The notes under the pieces are model-generated. The model was not told the DNA's origin, made no database searches, and saw nothing but the letters and a program-made list of their open reading frames with translations. Of a stretch of DNA of 64,000 nucleotides, positions 28,192-37,179 are shown piece after piece. Every line of letters starts with the position of its first letter. Positions within the stretch are counted from its first letter, which is position 1. Location of the stretch: the NCBI GenBank assembly GCA_965217895.1, contig CBDCJV010000002.1, positions 4,800,001-4,864,000 of the forward strand, read 5' to 3'. The translations under genes and the position numbers were made by a program. The stretch comes from Waterburya sp. Lineage in GTDB: Bacteria; Cyanobacteriota; Cyanobacteriia; Cyanobacteriales; Xenococcaceae.

Positions 28192-28435
28192 GTTTCCTCG
28201 CAATACTCTCAAAGATACTAAAAAGCTTCGCTCTGCTAACTTAATTTTAAAAGTTAATCAACTAGTTGAGATTCTCAAACTAAATCCCTATCAACCCCCT
28301 TATGAGAAACTTTCAGGTAATCTCCAAGGCTATTATTCCCGACGCATTAATATTCAACATCGTTTAGTCTATTCTATAGATGAAGTAAACAAGGTTATCA
28401 AAGTGGTTTCTGTGTGGTCGCATTATGGAGAGTAA
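28175..28435 (+). CDS. yoeB: Txe/YoeB-family toxin
   Basis: EKLSGNLQGYYSRRINIQHRLVY, C-terminal HY; overlaps the antitoxin. Confidence 0.9.
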   Translation: MVWTIKFPRNTLKDTKKLRSANLILKVNQLVEILKLNPYQPPYEKLSGNLQGYYSRRINIQHRLVYSIDEVNKVIKVVSVWSHYGE

Positions 28436-28548
28436 TTCAATCGGGTAGATTTATTTCTTTGAAGATTTAGAAAAATGCGATCGCTTGAGATTTACTTTCT
28501 GCTTTTTCGATAAAATAATTCAGACATCAAGGATGAATTAGAGGCGAT

Positions 28549-29940
28549 ATGGTTAATAGACGAATTGCAGACATTCTTAAAAATGGTAAGCCAGATGAAT
28601 CTGTAACCATTCAAGGCTGGGTACGTACTAAAAGAGAATTAAAAGGGTTTTCTTTTGTAGAAGTTAATGATGGTTCATCTTTGGCAGGTTTACAGGCAGT
28701 TTTAGATCGGGACTTAGCAGATTATGAAAGTATCTTAAAACAGCTTGCTACTGGTGCATCGGTAGAAATTAAAGGCAGTTTGGTAGAGTCTCCAGGCAAA
28801 GGACAACAAATAGAGATGAAAGCCGACTCCGTAACCGTATATGGTACTGCCGATCCTCAAACTTATCCTTTACAAAAAAAACGCCACTCTTTTGAATTTT
28901 TACGCACAATTAGTCATTTGCGATCGCGCACTAATACTTTAGGTGCAGTTTTTCGAGTACGCAATGCCTGCGCCACGGCAATTCATCAGTTTTTTCAAGA
29001 GAAAGGCTTTTTGTGGATACATAGCCCCATTATTACCGCTAGTGACTGCGAGGGTGCAGGAGAATTATTTACCGTCACGAATTTAGATCTAAATAATCTA
29101 CCCAAAAACGACCAAGGCGAAGTAGACTATAGCCAAGACTTTTTTGGCAAACCTGCTTATTTAACAGTTAGCGGACAGCTACAGGCGGAAGCGATGGCAA
29201 TGGCGTTTCAGAATGTCTATACTTTTGGTCCTACTTTCCGCGCCGAAAATTCTAATACTTCCCGCCATTTATCGGAGTTTTGGATGGTTGAACCTGAAAT
29301 GGCTTTTTGCGATCTAGAAGGAGATCAAAACTTAGCCGAAGAATTTCTCAAGTATATTTTTAAGTATGTATTGAAGCATTGCCCTGACGATATAGAGTTT
29401 TTCAATAAGTGGGTTGATAAATCCATTTTGGCTAATGCAAACAATATTATTAGCAATGAGTTTGAGCGAGTAACTTATACCGAAGCTGTGACTCTTCTAG
29501 AAAAAGCGAAAAAGAAATTTGAGTTTCGGGTAGAGTGGGGAATAGATTTACAGTCAGAACACGAACGCTATTTAGCCGAAGATCTGTTCAAAAAACCCGT
29601 AATTGTTACCAATTATCCCAAAGATATTAAAGCCTTTTATATGCGTTTAGATGAGGAAGAAAAAACCGTCTCGGCAATGGATGTATTAGCCCCAGGAATC
29701 GGCGAAATCATTGGTGGTTCACAACGAGAAGAAAGGCTAGATGTTTTAGAAAGACGCATCCAAGAAATGAACATTGAGGCAGACGATATTTGGTGGTATT
29801 TAGACTTGCGCCGTTATGGCACTGTACCCCATGCTGGATTTGGTTTAGGTTTTGAAAGACTGGTGCAGTTCATGACAGGAATGACCAATATTCGAGACGT
29901 TATTCCTTTCCCTAGAACTCCTTTAAGCGCAGACTTTTAA
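28549..29940 (+). CDS. asnS: Asparagine-tRNA ligase
   Basis: [35 protein letters not shown]. Confidence 0.97.
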   Translation: MVNRRIADILKNGKPDESVTIQGWVRTKRELKGFSFVEVNDGSSLAGLQAVLDRDLADYESILKQLATGASVEIKGSLVESPGKGQQIEMKADSVTVYGTADPQTYPLQKKRHSFEFLRTISHLRSRTNTLGAVFRVRNACATAIHQFFQEKGFLWIHSPIITASDCEGAGELFTVTNLDLNNLPKNDQGEVDYSQDFFGKPAYLTVSGQLQAEAMAMAFQNVYTFGPTFRAENSNTSRHLSEFWMVEPEMAFCDLEGDQNLAEEFLKYIFKYVLKHCPDDIEFFNKWVDKSILANANNIISNEFERVTYTEAVTLLEKAKKKFEFRVEWGIDLQSEHERYLAEDLFKKPVIVTNYPKDIKAFYMRLDEEEKTVSAMDVLAPGIGEIIGGSQREERLDVLERRIQEMNIEADDIWWYLDLRRYGTVPHAGFGLGFERLVQFMTGMTNIRDVIPFPRTPLSADF

Positions 29941-29952
29941 TTCAGAAAAAGA

Positions 29953-29997
29953 CAGCAATAGGCTTAGTTGAGATTTTTCTAATTAAGCCTATTGCTG
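29953..29997. terminator. Intrinsic terminator-like hairpin between convergent genes
   Basis: CAGCAATAGGCTTA...TAAGCCTATTGCTG 14-bp perfect stem. Confidence 0.75.
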
Positions 29998-30016
29998 ATA
30001 GAAAAAAATAGTTAAT

Positions 30017-30235
30017 TTAGCCAGTAAAACCTTTAAAAACATAGCCAAAAAACATACCAGTTAGTAATGCCCAGACTTGCCCTGAGTCAATGAAGTCAAA
30101 CCAAGCATCTTGAATCTGACCTAAGATATCTGGATCTTCAATGTGTTGGGCTAAAAGACTCGATACGGGTAATAAATAGTTATGATGAATCTCAATAATT
30201 GTTGGCACGAGTTGCTCGTTAAATAAAATTTCCAT
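30017..30235 (-). CDS. Small membrane protein, hypothetical
   Basis: F..SGQVWALL.G..FGY hydrophobic C-terminus. Confidence 0.65.
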   Translation of the reverse strand: MEILFNEQLVPTIIEIHHNYLLPVSSLLAQHIEDPDILGQIQDAWFDFIDSGQVWALLTGMFFGYVFKGFTG

Positions 30236-30496
30236 TGGATTAACAACTTATATATCGGATAAAACTGAATCCAATTTAGTCTCAGATAATTCAAACCGCC
30301 ACTAAAAAGAATTATTAAAGCTAGATTATTAAATGTTGGGATAGCCACAACTGGGACAGGATAAAGTTAACTCTGACATCATTTAACTTTCTACATAAAT
30401 TACACTTCTATTTTCCTTTATGGCACTACCAATAAAGGATGTCTTGTCACAATTAGACTGAACCTGTAACTAGAATAAAAGTCTGTTCCGTTTTCG

Positions 30497-30757
30497 CTAT
30501 GGAAAAATACCTAGCAATTTGACTGCTCCACCAAGAACCAGTAGAATCATGCCGATAAAAACGCCCCGATTGGCAAATTCTATATTGCCAACTCGCTTAT
30601 CCATTTGCTCAAATTTACTATCTAAGGTTTCTATTTTACCTTCTAGTTTGACTTGACCTAGCTTAAGCTCGTTTATCCCCTCGCTTAGATTATCTAACTT
30701 ATTGTTTATTTGATTCAATACTATTGCTAAATCTGTTTCGACTATTGGATTTGCCAT
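30497..30757 (-). CDS. Small coiled-coil protein with C-terminal TM helix
   Basis: Heptad pattern followed by a hydrophobic tail. Confidence 0.65.
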   Translation of the reverse strand: MANPIVETDLAIVLNQINNKLDNLSEGINELKLGQVKLEGKIETLDSKFEQMDKRVGNIEFANRGVFIGMILLVLGGAVKLLGIFP

Positions 30758-30897
30758 ATAATATCAATTGTCTCCTAACTGTCTAAATCAATAGGGGACA
30801 CCCTATCTTTTATGATACTACTAAAAAGCGATCGCTGTCACAAATTCACGACTATCAAAGAGTTAAAATAGGGATATAAATTGAAGTTTTGAAAATC

Positions 30898-31523
30898 ATG
30901 AAAATCGAAGTTTTAAGTGGCAGTATTACTAAAGGGAAATGGAGTTATATTAAAGCAAACAAAACTCTTTTTAGAGGCAAACTAAATTCTATCAAACTAT
31001 TAAATTAAAAGGTAATATTAAATCTGTTACTGTGTTGGACAAAGACAACATTAAATCTTTTATTGGTAAAGCTGGATGGGGTTTTGTTGGTACTTATGCA
31101 GGATATATAATCAATCCCGTAGGAGCGATCGCTGGTCTTAGGGCTGGCTTACTGTCAGGTGGTAATAAATCACAATTGACTATTGCTGTTGAACTGTCCG
31201 ATGATAGTAAGTTTTTGGCTGTTGTAGATACTAAGTTGTATCGAGAATTAGAAGGCTTAACCTGCGCCGAAAAGCAATCATCTTTGGTTGAACAAAATAA
31301 CTTATTTAGCTCATTTAATTCTCAAGAATATCAGGCTCAGGTCGTCGCCAGAAATAAGGCACAGATAGAATGGTTTAATGCGCGATTACCTTTGGAGCAA
31401 AAAATTATCATCGGTGGAGTTGTTGCATTCATTTTGATGACTTTTGGTTGGCTGATTCAAGAGAACCAAAAGATCCAGCAGGAAAGATATTCTATTAATG
31501 TATCTGAACAAATACAGGTTTAA
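30898..31523 (+). pseudogene. Hypothetical membrane protein, possibly frameshifted near its 5' end
   Basis: ATG 30898 frame stops after 36 codons, while the 31032 frame is open upstream (YQTIKLKGNIKSVTV). Confidence 0.4.
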
Positions 31524-31626
31524 AGGCGCGATCGCGCCCCAACTCTAAATTAATTTGTTTATTTGCCTTGCCGATCGCGATCGCAGTCTATTTACAAACT
31601 AGACAAATTCAATAACAATGCTTGAA

Positions 31627-33069
31627 TTATTCAATCGCTTGAATTTGCATCACAATCGAGGTCATGTCGTCTCCACCTTTGCTATTTACGCCACTAAATC
31701 GCTTAACCTGGTCAAAAATGTGATCTAAGATTTCATCTGGGTTTTCTAGGTGCTGACAAGCCCATTTAAAGCAAAGACAGAGGTTTTCTTCATCAAAGCG
31801 ATCTCCATCTTCGTTAGCAGCATCAGTAAAGCCATCTGTGTAATAAATAATTGTATCCCCAGGAGCAAGCTGCACCGTTGCATCTTCATACTCTGACTCC
31901 ATATCTAGACCGATCAGCATTCCCCAACTGTCTAATTTTTCTATGGTATTTGTTGCCTTGCGCCACATCAAAGGAGGATTATGAGCCGCATTAGTAAAGG
32001 AAAGGGTTTGCTTTTGTGGATCGTATTCTGAATAAAACATACTCACAAAGCGGTGAGAATTTTCTAGATCGGCGTACATTACCCGATTAAGATGACGCAT
32101 AATTTGAGCAGGAGAATGACGATTGAGAACTTCGGCTCTTAACATTCCTCTGGTCATGGTCATAATTAAGCCTGCGGGAACTCCTTTGCCCATCACGTCG
32201 CCAATAACAATGCTCCAGGGAACATCGGCTGTAGATTCTGACTGGTTTTCTACAGAGTCGTAGTTGGTGCGAATAAAGTCATAGTAGTCTCCCCCTACGC
32301 GACTGGCGGTTTCGCATTTAGCGGCGATCGCTAATCCTTTGATGTCAGGACACTTACTAGGTAAAAGCCGTAACTGGATTTCTGAGGCGATTTCCAATTC
32401 GCGATCTTGTCTTTCTTTGGAGCGTAATTCGACGGTTAGATCGTGATTGGCGATCGCCACAGCGGTTTGATCGGCTACTAGTTGAGTTAACTTCCTTCTA
32501 GTTGGAGTCCAAACATAGTCAGGATCGGTACTAAAAACATAAAGGCGACCTTGATCGACGTTTCTAACTAGAATTGGCGTGCCAAAAGATTGAATTTTTA
32601 GTTTTAATTCTTGACTGAGTTTTTCATCAACAATTTCTGACAGTCGCGAAGGGGAATTAACTGTTCGATCGTAAAGCAAATTTGTCTGATTAATTTGCAG
32701 GTTTACTTGCTCAAAGACATGGCGTATTTCTAAACCAATATTGCTGTCTTGGCAATGAATGTGTTCTAAGTGTACTTTATTACCTTTATATAAAATTAAT
32801 GCTCCACCAATAGAATCTGTGACCCTGGCTGCCATTAAAGGAGTTAATTCTAAAAACTGATTCAAGTTACTAAAACTACGTAGAGCGAACCCTAATGAGC
32901 TAAGTAAATCTTGAATTTTGTTTTGCTCCCTTTGGAGATTAGCCACTAATTCTTTTAGTGCCACAATAGGATTAGAATCCTCTGCTGAGGAATCGATAAC
33001 ACTATCATTTCCTGGAGAGGGATGGCTATGGGAAGATGCGACAGTCATTGCCTCTACAAATTTAGACAT
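31627..33069 (-). CDS. GAF-PP2C (SpoIIE/RsbU-type) Ser/Thr phosphatase
   Basis: VGGDYYDF, IGDVMGKG, YTDG, DDMT. Confidence 0.9.
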   Translation of the reverse strand: MSKFVEAMTVASSHSHPSPGNDSVIDSSAEDSNPIVALKELVANLQREQNKIQDLLSSLGFALRSFSNLNQFLELTPLMAARVTDSIGGALILYKGNKVHLEHIHCQDSNIGLEIRHVFEQVNLQINQTNLLYDRTVNSPSRLSEIVDEKLSQELKLKIQSFGTPILVRNVDQGRLYVFSTDPDYVWTPTRRKLTQLVADQTAVAIANHDLTVELRSKERQDRELEIASEIQLRLLPSKCPDIKGLAIAAKCETASRVGGDYYDFIRTNYDSVENQSESTADVPWSIVIGDVMGKGVPAGLIMTMTRGMLRAEVLNRHSPAQIMRHLNRVMYADLENSHRFVSMFYSEYDPQKQTLSFTNAAHNPPLMWRKATNTIEKLDSWGMLIGLDMESEYEDATVQLAPGDTIIYYTDGFTDAANEDGDRFDEENLCLCFKWACQHLENPDEILDHIFDQVKRFSGVNSKGGDDMTSIVMQIQAIE

Positions 33070-33332
33070 TAATTTTTCAATTCATTAGTCAAGAATATAT
33101 TTCAAGCAAAGTAAGACTTTAGATATTCAATTAGATAGTAACAAAACGCTTTTTGCAACTTAACTTAATTGACCACCATCTAACAACAAACTAATCAAAA
33201 CAGTAGTTATATTTTATTTGCCCAGATATTAGGTTGATTTATGATAACCTGAATTAGTTAATCCGCCAAGAAAGCAATATAAAAACACAAAAACTTTAAA
33301 TTTAAGCTAGCAGTTGGAATTATATATTCCCT

Positions 33333-34820
33333 TCAGCCGTTTAATAAAGCCTCAACAAATTCATAGCTAGAAAAAGGGCGTAAGTCTTCAATCCCTTCCC
33401 CTGCACCGATAAAGCGAATTGGCAAGTTTAGCTGTTGAGTAACCGCTAAAGCTACACCACCTTTGGCACTGCCATCTAGTTTAGTTAAAACCACGCCGCT
33501 TAAGTTTGCAGCCTCAGAAAACACTTGAGCTTGACGTAAACCATTTTGTCCTAGAGTTGCATCTAGAACTAGTAAGGATTCTACCCTAGCCTCAGGAGCT
33601 TTTTTATCTATAATTCGACGGATTTTAGCTAATTCCACCATCAGATTTTGCTTATTTTGCAATCTTCCTGCGGTATCTACTAATAGTAATTCAGTATTTT
33701 TAGCTTGAGCAGCAGAGATCGCATCAAAGACCACTGCAGCAGGATCGGTATTCTGACCTGGATTGGCAATCACAGGGGTATTACTCCTGGCTCCCCATAC
33801 TTTTACTTGTTCTACCGCAGCAGCGCGGAATGTATCAGCAGCAGCAATCAGGCAGGTGTAGCCAGATTTTTGACCTAAATTTGCCAGCTTACCAATGGTG
33901 GTAGTTTTACCTGCGCCATTAACACCTGCCAATAACCAGATATTAAACCGATCTTTTTCAGGCACAAAAGCTTTGTCTTCTTGTCCTGCCAAGGGTTTAT
34001 CTAAAATATCTTGGAGGATAGTTTTTAAATAGGCGATCGCCCGCTCTGGTGGTAAAGCTTCTTGTTTTAATTTTGACTGTAGGGTTTCAATAATATAGTC
34101 AGTAGCTTCTATCCCTACATCAGCCTGTAGTAATAGACTCTCAATTTCCATTACTGCATCGTCGTTTAAAGGTCCTTTGCCAACGATGGACTTTAACTGA
34201 TTGATTAAGCCAATGCGGGTTTTACCTAATCCTTGACGTAGTTTAGTCAGCCAACTAATTTCTTCTTCGGATACATCTTCTGCTGCTCTACCGCTACCCG
34301 CTAATACTTTAGATGACCAGATAAAATCTTCGTCTAGCTCTACTTCTTCTGTGGCTAATTCTTCTGCTGCGGGAGTTTCTATTGCAGTTTCTTTTAACTT
34401 TTCTAAACCCTGAGATTTCTTCATCCAAGCAGGAACATTTACTGCTGGCGCGGTAACTTCTTCTGTTTTCTCTTCTGCTATTGCTTGTTCTTGATTATCT
34501 TCAGGAGTTGACTCTGCTACTAACTCTTGTTCTTCAGTATCCGCTTCTTCTATCTCTGCTTGAGTGGTAGATTCGTCTTCATCTGCTTCAGATTCAGATT
34601 CTGATTTCTCTATCTCTTCTACTGATGTGGCTTGGCTTTCTCCTTTTCGCTGCTGAATATTTTGATAGGCAGCCTTAGCAAAAGCAAGATAATCAGGTTC
34701 AGCTAACTCTGTCTCAGATTCCTCAGTTATCTCGATACTCTCTTCAGGCTGAGTTTCTGGGGGAGTGGCTTTTGACTGTTGTTGCTTTGCTTTTTCGTTA
34801 CGGCGAAACCAATTAAACAT
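33333..34820 (-). CDS. ftsY: Signal recognition particle receptor FtsY
   Basis: Acidic N-domain, GVNGAGKTTT, DTFRAAA, DTAGR, TKLDG. Confidence 0.97.
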   Translation of the reverse strand: MFNWFRRNEKAKQQQSKATPPETQPEESIEITEESETELAEPDYLAFAKAAYQNIQQRKGESQATSVEEIEKSESESEADEDESTTQAEIEEADTEEQELVAESTPEDNQEQAIAEEKTEEVTAPAVNVPAWMKKSQGLEKLKETAIETPAAEELATEEVELDEDFIWSSKVLAGSGRAAEDVSEEEISWLTKLRQGLGKTRIGLINQLKSIVGKGPLNDDAVMEIESLLLQADVGIEATDYIIETLQSKLKQEALPPERAIAYLKTILQDILDKPLAGQEDKAFVPEKDRFNIWLLAGVNGAGKTTTIGKLANLGQKSGYTCLIAAADTFRAAAVEQVKVWGARSNTPVIANPGQNTDPAAVVFDAISAAQAKNTELLLVDTAGRLQNKQNLMVELAKIRRIIDKKAPEARVESLLVLDATLGQNGLRQAQVFSEAANLSGVVLTKLDGSAKGGVALAVTQQLNLPIRFIGAGEGIEDLRPFSSYEFVEALLNG

Positions 34821-34991
34821 TAGAGAAGATGAACTTAGTTGTTATCAGTTGTATAGATGATACCAAGGTTCACTCGACTATTGATTTTTTGCTTTGGTGG
34901 TAATTACACTACAAATTATGCAGTTACCAGCGATCGCAATTTGTCATGCTTACCATAACTATAATTGACATATGTATTTCATTATTTGGCT

Positions 34992-35594
34992 ATGACTTCA
35001 TCCAAGGTATCGGACAGCAATAATTATCTTGTATTGCAGATGTCTCCTGCATGGGAAATAAGCGCAGAGAGTTTTTTTGATTTTTGTCAACTTAATTCTC
35101 ATCTTCGTATTGAACGTACCGCTACAGGAAAATTAGTAATTATGTCCCCAGCAGGTTCTGAAACAGGAAATTGCAATTTTAAGTTAATTCAACAATTAGC
35201 TAACTGGTCAGATCGAGATGGCAGTGGAAGTGGTTTTGATTCTTCTGCGGGATTTATCTTACCTAATGGCGCAACTAGATCGCCTGATGCTAGCTGGATT
35301 AAATTGACCAGATGGAATGCTTTGTCTGCCGAACAAAAAACTAAGTTTGCTCCTATTTGCCCAGACTTTGTAGCGGAGTTAAGATCTCTTAGCGATAGTC
35401 TTAAAATTCTTCAGGATAAGATGCAGGAATATATTGATAATGGTGCATCTCTTGGTTGGTTAATCGATCGCACTACTCGTCAAGTTTACATCTATACACC
35501 CGATAGTGAACTAAAAGGCTTAGATAATCCTCAAACTATCAGTGGAAATCCAGTTTTATCGGGTTTTGTGCTGAATTTAGCTAAGATTTGGTAG
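34992..35594 (+). CDS. Uma2-family protein
   Basis: MSPAG, FDSSAGF.LPNGA.RSPDASW, CPDFVAELRS. Confidence 0.9.
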   Translation: MTSSKVSDSNNYLVLQMSPAWEISAESFFDFCQLNSHLRIERTATGKLVIMSPAGSETGNCNFKLIQQLANWSDRDGSGSGFDSSAGFILPNGATRSPDASWIKLTRWNALSAEQKTKFAPICPDFVAELRSLSDSLKILQDKMQEYIDNGASLGWLIDRTTRQVYIYTPDSELKGLDNPQTISGNPVLSGFVLNLAKIW

Positions 35595-35676
35595 TATTTG
35601 AAATAATATATTTTAAGGAAATGCGATCGCATTTCCCACAATAAACAAACTACTACAGCTTTAAATCAACGTAGAT

Positions 35677-35991
35677 TTATAAATCAGGTTGCCAACGATA
35701 TTTGCTGAGATCTATTTTGCCGTTGTTTTTGAACTCAATTCCTTCCTCTTCTAACAAAACTTTTTGCAGGTAATCTCCACCCTGACGCTGCAAAGAATAA
35801 GAAATTTCTCCTTGAGAATTAATCACTCGATGCCAGGGAATATCATCTTTTATATCCACACGAAAGAGGGCATATCCTACTAAACGAGCTTTACCATATA
35901 GTCCTGATAGATCGGCAATTTGTCCGTAGGTAGCAACTTTGCCAAGAGGAATCTGGCGGACAGTATTATATATGCGATCGTATTGAGACAT
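35677..35991 (-). CDS. Alkyltransferase-like (ATL, MGMT-family) protein
   Basis: IPLGKVATYGQIA, PWHRV (Trp in place of the catalytic Cys of PCHRV). Confidence 0.88.
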   Translation of the reverse strand: MSQYDRIYNTVRQIPLGKVATYGQIADLSGLYGKARLVGYALFRVDIKDDIPWHRVINSQGEISYSLQRQGGDYLQKVLLEEEGIEFKNNGKIDLSKYRWQPDL

Positions 35992-36004
35992 TAGAGTGAA
36001 TTAT

Positions 36005-36820
36005 TCACTTAGAGGGATTGAAATTATCACTAAGTAAAATCCAGTTTTCCATAGTCAGATCCTCGGCTCTACATTGGGGACTAAACTTTAATTTTTCTAA
36101 TAGTTGACTCAAATCATTAATGTCAATCAAACTTTTTAAATTATTGCGCAGCATTTTACGACGACTAGCAAAACCCAGCTTGATTAATGTTTCTAGCTGA
36201 CGGGGATTATTAGCAGGATTAGCTAATCTTCTAGGACGTAATCTAATTACAACTGAATCTACTTTTGGTGGCGGATAAAAAGCTCTGTGGTTAACATCAC
36301 AAATTAATTCACAACTGGCTAGATATTGAACGCGAATTGATAATGCACCAAAAGCTTTAGTCCCTGGCGTGGCTACTAACCTTTCTCCTACTTCTTTTTG
36401 GACTAGTAATACTATGGATTCATATTGCTGTGGCGAGGGAGTAGCAATTTTGCCTAACAGCTTTTCAATAATTGGACCTGTGATATTGTAAGGAATGTTA
36501 GCAACTACTTTATTGGAATTCTGAAACTTGGGAAAGTCTGTTAACGTTGCTTCCAAGTTTAGCTGTAAAAAGTCACCTTGAGCCAGGAGAAAGTTATCAT
36601 ACTCTCCATACTTTCTGGCTAATTTTTTGCATAAATCGCGGTCGATTTCTACAGATACCAAAGCGTTGACTATCGAGAGGATTTTAGTGGTTAAAGCTCC
36701 TGTACCAGGTCCAATTTCTAAAACGCGATCGCTTTTCCTTAACTCCGCAGCAATGATAATTTGCTCTAAGACACTTTCATCTTTTAACCAATGCTGACCA
36801 AACTGTTTACGAGGTTTCAA
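36005..36820 (-). CDS. rsmA: 16S rRNA m6(2)A dimethyltransferase
   Basis: FGQHWL, LEIGPGTG, ANIPYNIT, FYPPPKVDS. Confidence 0.96.
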   Translation of the reverse strand: MKPRKQFGQHWLKDESVLEQIIIAAELRKSDRVLEIGPGTGALTTKILSIVNALVSVEIDRDLCKKLARKYGEYDNFLLAQGDFLQLNLEATLTDFPKFQNSNKVVANIPYNITGPIIEKLLGKIATPSPQQYESIVLLVQKEVGERLVATPGTKAFGALSIRVQYLASCELICDVNHRAFYPPPKVDSVVIRLRPRRLANPANNPRQLETLIKLGFASRRKMLRNNLKSLIDINDLSQLLEKLKFSPQCRAEDLTMENWILLSDNFNPSK

Positions 36821-37062
36821 ACGGCTACTGTTTTTGCTTTTTTAATTAATGCCATCAAGTTTATTAAATGCTCAACGGCTTATAGCAGTATTTTAGAATC
36901 AAATGGCACTTAAATTCAGCCAAAAAAAGGCTTTTACTTAAAGTCTAAATAACCCTGGTTTAGACTAAGGAAAATAAAAGACGTAGGGTCGCACCGCTTT
37001 TCCCCTTTCCTCTTTAACCAATCCTAACAAATTAATTTATTTCTTAGAAGTTGCAATGACTT

Positions 37063-37170
37063 CTAGTTCATGATTTGATTGTAATAACTGTTCTTTTTAA
37101 CCGAATTGTTAACTAACCTGCCATCTTCCATCTGAACAATGCGATCGGCAATATCTAAAATGCGATCGCT
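37063..37170 (-). pseudogene. Orphan 3' fragment of a DevA-type ABC ATPase gene
   Basis: Translates to SDRILDIADRIVQMEDGRLVNNSVKKNSYYNQIMN*; begins at a HIP1 site (37162-37169). Confidence 0.7.
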
Positions 37171-37179
37171 TTTGGTTTA

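Noticed and set aside
35677..35991. Active O6-methylguanine methyltransferase (ogt)
   Set aside because: PWHRV instead of PCHRV indicates a non-catalytic ATL protein.
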